From the NCBI GenBank assembly GCA_024672315.1, contig GCA_024672315.1_4714.1: a stretch of 64,000 nt of DNA; one strand, 5' to 3'. Source of the DNA: a phage. Position 1 is the stretch's first letter, and each line of letters begins with the position of its first letter. A model generated the notes under the pieces. The model had not been told where the DNA came from. It did no database searches and saw only the letters and a program-made list of their open reading frames with translations. Positions 19,135 to 26,849 of this stretch are shown piece after piece. A program made the translations under genes and the position numbers.

Positions 19135-19649
19135 GTCCCCCTACTTGTAATGAGTGGGTGAACTCTCTTTAATTGCTGGAAACCTTTAATGCCCCTCCAC
19201 ACCACAACGCAATCCGAAAGGGTAAACGTGATGGTTGTCGAAAGACAGAAAAAAGTTGGAGGGGATTACCTATGTTGCAATAAAAGCCACCGCTTTCTTG
19301 GATAACGAAAGATGACGGTGGTACTAAGGGTAGAAGATAGAAATAAGGTAACCGTAGCAGCGAAGACCCTACGGACTGTCGTGACCGACTCGATGAGTTG
19401 GCGTGGTTAACACGGACAGGCTACGGGTAACGTTCAACGACCATCCGGTTGCGCGGAGTAGGAGAATTAGGATGTTCTCCGAAAAGGGAGAAGTCGGTCG
19501 AGGTGTTGTAGAAACACCGTTGGGTTTGCTAACGCGAATATAAGACAGGCTAAGATATGGTCTATTTTTCGTTGTGTTCATGTATAGAAATTACTGAACC
19601 ATCGTAAGAGCTCGATATATCTTCAAGCTATCCAAATGGGCAGATCCTG
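19135..19649. other. ORF-poor, stem-loop-rich region downstream of the HNH gene (candidate structured RNA or intron remnant)
   Basis: ~0.5 kb with no convincing ORF on either strand; nested hairpin CCACCG ctttc ttggataac gaaag atga CGGTGG (~19287..19320); no tRNA-like T-arm seen. Confidence 0.3.
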
Positions 19650-19865
19650 TTGAATCTATCCAGAGCATGTGTTTTTCGTGAGCTCTCGCGCATTGAGGGC
19701 GTCTCTGACTATCAATTCAGGAAGTTAGGTATCAACTTTATTACCGGAGGTAAAACGAACGCTGTAGACTTCTGTAGAATCGTTTATAAAGCACCGTCGA
19801 TGTTTGAACTTTTAGAACATTTCGATGCGACGCGCCCAAAAGAGGAAGCGCGGACCATCGAATGA
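19650..19865 (+). CDS. hypothetical small protein (doubtful)
   Basis: 71-aa ORF at the end of an ORF-poor region; weak RBS; could be non-coding. Confidence 0.2.
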   Translation: MNLSRACVFRELSRIEGVSDYQFRKLGINFITGGKTNAVDFCRIVYKAPSMFELLEHFDATRPKEEARTIE

Positions 19866-19910
19866 ATCAAGTATGTTGATCCTCGTTTAACAAAAAGAAA
19901 ACGCATGCGA

Positions 19911-19957
19911 AGCCCCTCCCCCTGGCGGAAGCCGGAGGGAGGGGTGAGGTTTATGCG
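19911..19957. promoter_or_regulatory. GC-rich intergenic stem-loop (related family)
   Basis: CCCCTCCC cctggcggaagccgga GGGAGGGG tgaggtttatgcg; 8-bp outer stem with inner GGC/GCC stem and GGAA loop; between the ORF-poor region and minus gene 19951..20436. Confidence 0.7.
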
Positions 19958-20436
19958 CGTTCGTTGCCAACCGTTACTTTGTAGTCAGCGTCGGTTAAGA
20001 AAATAGACAGGAATCCATGTTCTTTGCAAATCTGACTAAGGATGTCAGCAATGATTTCGTTGATCATCGGTTTGTTTGCAAGGGCATAGATGTACCCGGG
20101 TGTAAAAGAAAGTGCATGATTGATCATAGGCTCATGAGAAGCCAAGATAAGGATCACGTGATGCTTCCCATCGTCGGTAACGACCGCTTGCGTAGACACG
20201 AAGAAATCAGTGAAGCAGCAGCGATCACAGGCTTTAGGTATATACAAATCACCCAGAGCTTCGTCGCGTGCTTTTATGTGTGTTTCAGGGGTGATGCTGC
20301 TAAGTTGATCTTCAGCGAGATCCAAGACATCCTCAATCGTTTTAAGAATAGCGTTGCGGAAATCCTCGCGGTAGAATGGGATGATATCACGATCGTTCAT
20401 GTAATCGCCGGATTCGATAGTAAAGTTGATGTTCAT
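19951..20436 (-). CDS. hypothetical protein
   Basis: 161-aa acidic ORF with AGGAG RBS; preferred over the overlapping plus-strand ORF 20017..20439 by strand context and RBS. Confidence 0.7.
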   Translation of the reverse strand: MNINFTIESGDYMNDRDIIPFYREDFRNAILKTIEDVLDLAEDQLSSITPETHIKARDEALGDLYIPKACDRCCFTDFFVSTQAVVTDDGKHHVILILASHEPMINHALSFTPGYIYALANKPMINEIIADILSQICKEHGFLSIFLTDADYKVTVGNERA

Positions 20437-20546
20437 TGAATGCTCCTAGTGGTTATGTCGATTGATTGACGTGTTAATTTATGTTTGATGAGGTATACTT
20501 GAAACTACAAATAAGGCTCTTGGCGTTGCTGTTATGGTTCAGTTCT

Positions 20547-20999
20547 TTATCCCTTGTTGGATTCGTCAATATACTTGGTGTCGTAAGACAAATGCTGAAT
20601 TAATTTTCTAGGTCTGATGAATATACGACATGTGATAAACACATCAGGATCGTATTGTTCCACGCAACGTCCGAAGGCTCGTTTTGCGGACTGACGCATC
20701 AAGGTTAATTCCTGATCGTTCATCTCATCATCAAATTCGATGTGTATCGTGATTTTATCGGGAAATAAATAGATAGAGTAGTCGCTACCGATATCACCGT
20801 CGTCAAAACGATAATCGTTGTGGTAATGGTGGAGTTTACCTTCGTGTATCGTCTGGTACCACCCGACGATACTATCAAGACCCATACCCAGGCGTCCGAA
20901 TGCCTGATTAATAATATCTTCGACGATGGATGCGGGTGTGGGACCATTGAATAGACGATCTAAGCGCTTTTTCATCGATTTGTCGGTTTTCATGTTCAT
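20547..20999 (-). CDS. hypothetical protein
   Basis: 150-aa ORF with AGGAAAAG RBS. Confidence 0.7.
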   Translation of the reverse strand: MNMKTDKSMKKRLDRLFNGPTPASIVEDIINQAFGRLGMGLDSIVGWYQTIHEGKLHHYHNDYRFDDGDIGSDYSIYLFPDKITIHIEFDDEMNDQELTLMRQSAKRAFGRCVEQYDPDVFITCRIFIRPRKLIQHLSYDTKYIDESNKG

Positions 21000-21027
21000 T
21001 GTTTCTTTTCCTGTGTAGTCGGTATAC

Positions 21028-21067
21028 AGCCCTTCCCCGGCCTTGATGGCTAGGGAAGGGGCTATGC
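21028..21067. promoter_or_regulatory. GC-rich intergenic stem-loop (related family)
   Basis: AGCCCTTCCCC ggccttgatggcta GGGAAGGGGCT atgc; imperfect ~11-bp stem; between minus genes 20547..20999 and 21075..21473. Confidence 0.65.
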
Positions 21068-21074
21068 TACGTTG

Positions 21075-21473
21075 TTATGCTTCGCAATCAGCTGAAGGCG
21101 TCGCGCCTTTCTTACCAGCGATACGCCAAATCCGACACGCTGGGTAATGGTTAACCTCTAGAGAGCAAGGAATGTTATATTTCTCTTCCAGCGCATAAAG
21201 ACATTTCGTTAGCTGCTCCAGCGCGTTCTCGTCGTGTCGTAACGCGTGGTGGCCTAATCGATGTTGGTCGTTCTTTATATACGCCTCGAAGAGAACATGT
21301 TGGCGATGTACGCTGACGTTTACAGCCTCGAGTATAGCTTGGTCGAGCATACGACTAAAGCACATCAACGAGTCAGATACGTTTTCTCGCTTAACCAGAT
21401 CGATCATGGTGGGAATATACGAATGGTCGATGTTATCGATGACCGCTTTAGCGACGGAATCAGCAACGTTCAT
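21075..21473 (-). CDS. hypothetical protein, paralog of 21510..21905
   Basis: ORF track starts at 21503; ATG at residue 11 (MNVADSVAKAVIDNIDH...) aligns with the N-terminus of the neighbouring paralog (MSIVESIVKAVNDNIDH...); shared C-terminal EEKYNIP(C/F)SLEVN. Confidence 0.7.
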   Translation of the reverse strand: MNVADSVAKAVIDNIDHSYIPTMIDLVKRENVSDSLMCFSRMLDQAILEAVNVSVHRQHVLFEAYIKNDQHRLGHHALRHDENALEQLTKCLYALEEKYNIPCSLEVNHYPACRIWRIAGKKGATPSADCEA

Positions 21474-21509
21474 CTTTTTAATCCCTAGTTTGTTATTGAT
21501 CACGTATAT

Positions 21510-21905
21510 TTACTCTTTGACGTCAGTTGTCGTTTCGACATGCTTCTCACTACTGACGTACCAGAGCAGGTACGTTGGGAAAAGATTGACCTCTAAGCTA
21601 AATGGGATATTGTATTTCTCTTCCATTTTACAGAGATGTTCTTTAAGTAAATTTCTCGCGTCTCTGTCACCACGAACAGAGTGCCAGTCTAGTTCTTTGT
21701 TCTCCTTTACCAGGACCTCTACGATGATACGTTGCTCGTGAACCTCGGTTTTCACAGTGAAAAGTAAATCGCTGCTATCAAAACGGGTAAAACGAATGTA
21801 TGAACCAGGTGTTTTTTCTTGTTTGATAATATCGATCATGGTAGAAATGCGCGGATGATCGATGTTGTCGTTAACAGCTTTAACGATGGATTCTACAATG
21901 CTCAT
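21510..21905 (-). CDS. hypothetical protein, paralog of 21075..21473
   Basis: 131-aa ORF; clear similarity to the adjacent gene. Confidence 0.75.
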   Translation of the reverse strand: MSIVESIVKAVNDNIDHPRISTMIDIIKQEKTPGSYIRFTRFDSSDLLFTVKTEVHEQRIIVEVLVKENKELDWHSVRGDRDARNLLKEHLCKMEEKYNIPFSLEVNLFPTYLLWYVSSEKHVETTTDVKE

Positions 21906-21938
21906 TTTTTTATCCTTAATGTTATCGATTTGTAAATA

Positions 21939-22706
21939 TTACTTATTTTTGCTTTCTTTATAGACAGTTGTTACCCACGATGGGAAAGCCGGATGGAAAC
22001 AGAGCGTGAACGTAACTGTCGTATCGTATTTAAACGCACAGTTCACTAACCGGGTATCGAACGTTTTCCTTAGACCATCATCATCGTTATCGATGACAGC
22101 CATATCTCTTAATATCCCAAGCACGTTAACGCCGTCGAGTGTCTGGGTTACAACAAGTCGTCGTAATGGCCCGCATGTATAGTTACGTACAAATCCTTTC
22201 TTCGGGTCCGATACCCTGTTTAACGCATCGTGATTTTTGATGAATTCATCGGCGATCCAATAGATTTGTTCCCTTGCTTTATCGGGATCGTATTCTGCTA
22301 ATAGTTCCTTCGTGTCGAACGTTATCACGTTATTATCATTCGATTCAGAAGGGAAACATAAAACTAAACGAACAGGGTATTCGTATTGATCTGTTCTTGT
22401 TTCGAAAGCATTAGCTAAACACGGCTTGTATGCCTTTGCGTCGACATTGTCCAAACATGGATGCAATAATGCGTGAATAACGGCACCATCGTCAGTTAAA
22501 CCGAATTCCAGAAATTGTACCCTATCAGTATCCGCTACGGTTTTCTGAAGATACGCTTTACCGTTTACGATATCGGTATCCCACATATCGTCGTTTAACG
22601 ATTCTTCAAACTTATCGAATATATGGTTTACGAGATTGACGAGTTCATCAATACGGCACTGTTGGTTGAATTCGATTAATCGCTGAACTTTATCTTTGAT
22701 AGACAT
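21939..22706 (-). CDS. hypothetical protein
   Basis: 255-aa ORF; contains an EYDPD segment like the small paralog family downstream. Confidence 0.75.
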   Translation of the reverse strand: MSIKDKVQRLIEFNQQCRIDELVNLVNHIFDKFEESLNDDMWDTDIVNGKAYLQKTVADTDRVQFLEFGLTDDGAVIHALLHPCLDNVDAKAYKPCLANAFETRTDQYEYPVRLVLCFPSESNDNNVITFDTKELLAEYDPDKAREQIYWIADEFIKNHDALNRVSDPKKGFVRNYTCGPLRRLVVTQTLDGVNVLGILRDMAVIDNDDDGLRKTFDTRLVNCAFKYDTTVTFTLCFHPAFPSWVTTVYKESKNK

Positions 22707-22708
22707 GA

Positions 22709-23167
22709 TTACCCCTTAGCTCCTTCTTCGTCTGGAGAGTATTCCATCGTGTAGAATTCATAACCGTCGGAAAACTTGAGTGTTAATGTAATAGGGAAAT
22801 CGCACGGCATAGCTGATTTCGTAAATGCGTTATTAGCAACATCCGCCAACCGACGTATAGCATCAACCCCGCTGACGCTGAATGGTAGTTGTATGTTGAT
22901 AAGGATACGATGCTTGTAAACATAGAAAACAACGGTACTGTCAAGATAAACGCTATGAAACGGTATTGTTGGGATGCGTTCCACGATGGTAAAATACGTG
23001 CCGTCATTATCGCTATGTCCCATCGACCAAATATCGGATTTACGTAGATTTTGTTTGAGGGATTCGATACTTCGAGTGACGGTCTCAGCAACAGGCGTGA
23101 CGTAAGTGTCTCTATGCGAGTCGAAAAGTTCGTTGACGTTAGATTCGAATGAATACATTGTTGCCAT
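22709..23167 (-). CDS. hypothetical small acidic protein, paralog family member
   Basis: 152 aa; shares QLPFSV(S/N)G ... (F/L)T(M/L)EY(S/E)PD with 23167..23628. Confidence 0.75.
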   Translation of the reverse strand: MATMYSFESNVNELFDSHRDTYVTPVAETVTRSIESLKQNLRKSDIWSMGHSDNDGTYFTIVERIPTIPFHSVYLDSTVVFYVYKHRILINIQLPFSVSGVDAIRRLADVANNAFTKSAMPCDFPITLTLKFSDGYEFYTMEYSPDEEGAKG

Positions 23168-23628
23168 TATTCTACCTCTTTCTTCATCTTCATCGGAACA
23201 GAGAGTGCTGTTATCTCTGTTCCATTATCCGGTTCATACTCCAATGTAACGAGATTGCAGCCATCCGATAATTCATAATCGATCGCTAGGGGGAACGAGA
23301 TACCGTGCGACTTTATGCATTTACCAAATGTCTCGTTGGCTGTATACATTAGAAGTTGCTTTGCGGCAAGCCCGTTTACGCTGAAAGGTAATTGTGCTGT
23401 CGCAGCGATACGATTATTGTAAACTCTGATATCGGTGATATCTACAATCGTAGCATTGCCGTGTTGTGTTGTTGGAACGGATAGGTTGTAGAAGTAAGGT
23501 TCGGAGTCGGAATCGGACTCATTAAATAATTCCCAGCATCCGTCCTCCTGCAATCTTACCTCGAGTATTTCAAAGCTTTTAATTATCGATTCTACCAGCT
23601 GCTCACCGTAAGAATCCCACGTCGTCAT
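23167..23628 (-). CDS. hypothetical small acidic protein, paralog family member
   Basis: 153 aa; paralog of 22709..23167; stop and start overlap by 1 nt (TAATG). Confidence 0.75.
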   Translation of the reverse strand: MTTWDSYGEQLVESIIKSFEILEVRLQEDGCWELFNESDSDSEPYFYNLSVPTTQHGNATIVDITDIRVYNNRIAATAQLPFSVNGLAAKQLLMYTANETFGKCIKSHGISFPLAIDYELSDGCNLVTLEYEPDNGTEITALSVPMKMKKEVE

Positions 23629-23699
23629 TTTTTAACACCTTCGACACCTTTTAACCGATACGTGTCCCACCTAACAAGGGACACGATATCGTCGATTAA

Positions 23700-24194
23700 T
23701 TACTCTTCTGTGTTTTCATTGTCAGGATCGTAGTGGAATTCGAACAGCCCTGAACCGTCGTGTCCGTTGATTGTTAGTATAACTGGCATATCGAATCCTC
23801 GGACGCGCGAATGAAAACACTGTGCTAATTTTAGTTTGGCGTATGCCGCTATTTCATTGACGGCAATACACGACTCACCTGTTATACTCAGTATAACGTC
23901 GATACTAACAATGTTGTCGTGCAACGCAAAACGCCAGCGATCGATACGATTATTATCTTTAGCAGCTGTCTCGTTTACGAGATAGACTTTATCGTCAACC
24001 GACAAAGCAGGTCTCCAGCAACTGTTGTTCCTTAAATTCGCCTCGAATCGCAGCATCGTTGTGTCGATAATATCCCAACATGCAACTAGTACGGTATTGG
24101 GCACTAAATTGAGAAGAGCTGATACCCTATCCTTTATTTTAAGTGCTTCCGCAGGACGCCCGCAAATACCATGCATTTCAACTTTCTTATCCAT
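23700..24194 (-). CDS. hypothetical small acidic protein, probable paralog family member
   Basis: ORF track starts at GTG 24200; ATG at residue 3 has GAGGTG RBS; C-terminal ..FEFHYDPDNE resembles the family. Confidence 0.7.
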   Translation of the reverse strand: MDKKVEMHGICGRPAEALKIKDRVSALLNLVPNTVLVACWDIIDTTMLRFEANLRNNSCWRPALSVDDKVYLVNETAAKDNNRIDRWRFALHDNIVSIDVILSITGESCIAVNEIAAYAKLKLAQCFHSRVRGFDMPVILTINGHDGSGLFEFHYDPDNENTEE

Positions 24195-24237
24195 ATTCAC
24201 CTCTTTTTTAATCTAAATGTTAGTTGGGATAGGGCGA

Positions 24238-24840
24238 TCACATGCTTTCTAACATATCGATGATCATGGAACCCATACCGAAACTCGGTCTCTCGCCGAT
24301 GTACTCAGCAAGCTGACGATGAACGTCTTTTGGATTTCCTTCTTCACCATCAGCATCGATGTAGACCGAAAAAGAAAATGAATCGGAATCCACACTGATA
24401 ACCAGACGGCGTTCATTGCGTTCCTTAAGTGTATCGACAATAGCTGCTTTCAGTATTGCGATCGCATTCATCGCGTGCATGATATCTCCATCGGGTTTCG
24501 GCAGATCGATCTTTTCTTTCAGGTCGATATTGATGTTGGTTACAATTGGGTTGAGGTCGACCTTGACATAATCGTTGGGATACATGCGAATAATCGCACG
24601 ATCGATATCTGAACCGTAAAAGTCAACACGTGGCTTTAACACCTCTTTGTTTGGATCCATGTTTTCATCCATCCCTGCCTGCAAGAAACGTTCGACGTTA
24701 TCCAGTTCACGATAGACTGACGCTTCGATTTCTTTCAGATAGTTGGCTGCGGTTTCATGTTCTTTACGTAGCTCGTCTTTAAGGAGCTGTACTGTGGTTT
24801 CACTGGAACGAATGCTGTTCGCGAATTGGGTAATTGACAT
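24238..24840 (-). CDS. hypothetical protein
   Basis: ORF track starts at TTG 24870; first ATG (residue 11, MSITQFANSIR...) has AAGGAA RBS. Confidence 0.7.
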   Translation of the reverse strand: MSITQFANSIRSSETTVQLLKDELRKEHETAANYLKEIEASVYRELDNVERFLQAGMDENMDPNKEVLKPRVDFYGSDIDRAIIRMYPNDYVKVDLNPIVTNINIDLKEKIDLPKPDGDIMHAMNAIAILKAAIVDTLKERNERRLVISVDSDSFSFSVYIDADGEEGNPKDVHRQLAEYIGERPSFGMGSMIIDMLESM

Positions 24841-24888
24841 ATCGAATTCCTTAAATTCTCTTGGGTTCAATTAATGATGAAAAGCTGT

Positions 24889-24915
24889 AAAAAAAGAGGT
24901 GGGGCGAACCCCACC
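24889..24915 (-). terminator. rho-independent terminator candidate
   Basis: Hairpin GGTGGGG cgaa CCCCACC; on the minus strand it is followed by a T7 run (plus-strand aaaaaaag just upstream); directly downstream of 24941..25366. Confidence 0.7.
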
Positions 24916-24940
24916 AAAACGTCAGACACACGCAGGAAAA

Positions 24941-25366
24941 TTAATTCAGTGATGCATATAAGGCATAACGACTGTAGATCTCAACCGCCGGTCCGTTATG
25001 TGTTAACAGACCGTCTCGGCCGTAATACTGGAAAAATGAATAACGTTTGTCGAAGTGATAAACAAAAGCAATGTCTTTGCCGTCAAAACCCATGACGCGC
25101 GGCCTGTTTTTATCTAGCAACGCTTTGACTTTTAACAGTGTTGCCGCACGCGCTTTAACGTTAGGGATTAATCCATCACAATCGATATAAACCGTGTAAC
25201 CTGTTTCAGATGTTGCGACGGTTGTATTGCGATTGACGCGAAAGATTTTTGTTTTGTACGTATCATCTTCAAGAATTGGGTTTTGTTTTTCGTATTTTCG
25301 TTTACGTAGAAATTCTACAACGGTGATATAGTTAGCGGTAATATGCCCGGTTATAGCTTGTAACAT
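24941..25366 (-). CDS. hypothetical protein
   Basis: 141-aa ORF; preceded by the conserved ~110-bp upstream block also found before 51588..51905. Confidence 0.7.
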   Translation of the reverse strand: MLQAITGHITANYITVVEFLRKRKYEKQNPILEDDTYKTKIFRVNRNTTVATSETGYTVYIDCDGLIPNVKARAATLLKVKALLDKNRPRVMGFDGKDIAFVYHFDKRYSFFQYYGRDGLLTHNGPAVEIYSRYALYASLN

Positions 25367-25500
25367 CTTGACATCCTTTTATATTGGATTGATTGCAATT
25401 GTCTTAAATAGATGATAAGATATTTTGCTCTTATCACTAAGGTAATGCTTACGCGTCGCGTTCATGATGCATGGCATCATGAAGGTAATATAGTCGTGAA
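25364..25500 (-). promoter_or_regulatory. conserved upstream regulatory block, copy A (5' region of 24941..25366)
   Basis: Coding-strand sequence ..TTTCACGACTATATTACCTT..(spacer)..GCAATCAATCCAATATAAAAGGATGTCAAG-ATG; near-identical blocks precede 51588..51905; copy A carries an extra 8-bp-stem palindrome (CATGATGC atg GCATCATG). Confidence 0.7.
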
Positions 25501-25530
25501 ATAAACTGCGTTAACACGAAATAAAAACAG

Positions 25531-25589
25531 CATAGAAACCTCCTCCCCCATCCTTCAAGAGGACGGTGGGAAGAGGGAGAGATTAAATG
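25531..25589. promoter_or_regulatory. GC-rich intergenic stem-loop (related family, imperfect)
   Basis: catagaaa CCTCCTCCCCCATCC ttcaaga GGACGGTGGGAAGAGGGAGAG attaaatg; same catagaa(a) left flank as copy 1; downstream of 25583..25984. Confidence 0.55.
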
Positions 25590-25984
25590 TCGTGGACGGC
25601 AACGCCGTTTAACCAACAATACAGCTTAACGCGACAGGAATACCGCTTCGTTGCAGCAACCATTTCATCGCGTAAACGCTGGTAGATTTCATCCTGGTGT
25701 TCACGATCAATGGGGTAATCAGCCCAACATTCGATCATGACGTCACCATTCGTCAGAATCGTCGTACGCATCCTGTCCTGGATACGGCGGTCTTTCCCGG
25801 CATTAGGGAAATACATTCCTTCGGTACGAATAAGGTCGCCGCAGGGCATGACTAACCATTCGTTCGTTTTGCCGGTATTCTTATAATCCATTACGGCTTG
25901 CATTGCGGTGTCAACGCTAAAAGAAACATAATTCCAAACGGATGTCCAACGATAGATTGCGGGTTGTTCGAGTGTTTCGTTCAT
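25583..25984 (-). CDS. hypothetical protein
   Basis: 133-aa ORF with AGGAAAAG RBS. Confidence 0.7.
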   Translation of the reverse strand: MNETLEQPAIYRWTSVWNYVSFSVDTAMQAVMDYKNTGKTNEWLVMPCGDLIRTEGMYFPNAGKDRRIQDRMRTTILTNGDVMIECWADYPIDREHQDEIYQRLRDEMVAATKRYSCRVKLYCWLNGVAVHDI

Positions 25985-26030
25985 GGAGTGCTTTTCCTAT
26001 TTTTATTTTCTGCACAGGATAAATTCAACG

Positions 26031-26076
26031 GCATAAAGCCCTTCCCTGCCCTTATATGGGGCGGGAAGAGTTTATG
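26031..26076. promoter_or_regulatory. GC-rich intergenic stem-loop (related family)
   Basis: gcataaag CCCTTCCCTGCCC ttatat GGGGCGGGAAGAG tttatg; stem with two bulges; TATG-like flank on both strands. Confidence 0.65.
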
Positions 26077-26197
26077 ACCGCAATGAGAATCTCTCACGAC
26101 AAGCTCACGACGATTATCGCATCACCCCGCGAGTGAGGGAGATCAGGATCACCTCCTACGTCGTAACGACAGCAATCCCGTTACGTCGCTTTAGACG

Positions 26198-26824
26198 TTA
26201 TGCAAAGCGACGCATGTAACCTGCCAGATAGTTACGCGTATCGAAGTAGGCAATTTCAGGAATTGCGATATTAAGGTCGATAGCGCGGATTTCAACTTGG
26301 CGACGGCTTTCATCATAGATCGCATCCATCAGACGCAGTACTGTCAGGAAAGCCATGCGGGTATGGTAGTCCAGCGGCATGTTGTCGATACCGCGATACA
26401 GATAACGGTTTGCATTAAATGCCCCTTCGCTGTTATCTTTCCAGATCTTCAGAATATCAGCAAAGGCGGTGCGGAAAACCTCAGGATTATCCACATCCAG
26501 TAACGCACGGAAAGCAGACATTAAAGACCGCTGATGACGGATCAACGACTGCGGTGTTTGCGGCATGGTCGGACCCATTTCTTCCGCGTATTTCTGGAAC
26601 GGGGCAACCAGGGTTGCGGCACGAGAAGCCACGATAGAAACAGCTGGCGATTCTTTCGCCGCTGGTTTCGCAGGCTTTTCTTCAACAACGGTTTCCTTCT
26701 TCTCAACAGCGACCGTTTCCGGCTGTGCTACAACATCACTAACCGGAGCATCTGCAACGGTGGTTTCTACCGCAGTAATCTCCTCGTCCATTTTTGCAGA
26801 ACGTTGGTCTTTATTCTTGCTCAT
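26198..26824 (-). CDS. hypothetical protein
   Basis: 208-aa ORF, acidic low-complexity N-terminus; directly downstream of the RNAP beta-prime-like gene. Confidence 0.7.
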   Translation of the reverse strand: MSKNKDQRSAKMDEEITAVETTVADAPVSDVVAQPETVAVEKKETVVEEKPAKPAAKESPAVSIVASRAATLVAPFQKYAEEMGPTMPQTPQSLIRHQRSLMSAFRALLDVDNPEVFRTAFADILKIWKDNSEGAFNANRYLYRGIDNMPLDYHTRMAFLTVLRLMDAIYDESRRQVEIRAIDLNIAIPEIAYFDTRNYLAGYMRRFA

Positions 26825-26849
26825 GTTTATTTCCTTTTGTTTAACAAGG

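Noticed and set aside
19369-19581. 70-aa minus-strand ORF in the ORF-poor region
   Set aside because: Low-complexity Ser/Thr/Pro/Leu translation with no RBS; more likely non-coding
19135-19649. tRNA genes in the ORF-free region after the HNH gene
   Set aside because: No acceptor-stem/T-arm (GTTCRAnYC) arrangement found by eye; left as an unassigned structured region pending tRNAscan/Infernal
20017-20439. 140-aa plus-strand ORF overlapping 19951..20436 almost completely
   Set aside because: The minus-strand ORF has the better RBS (AGGAG), matches the strand of the whole block, and is flanked by the block's conserved upstream motif and a downstream hairpin; only one of the two can reasonably be real
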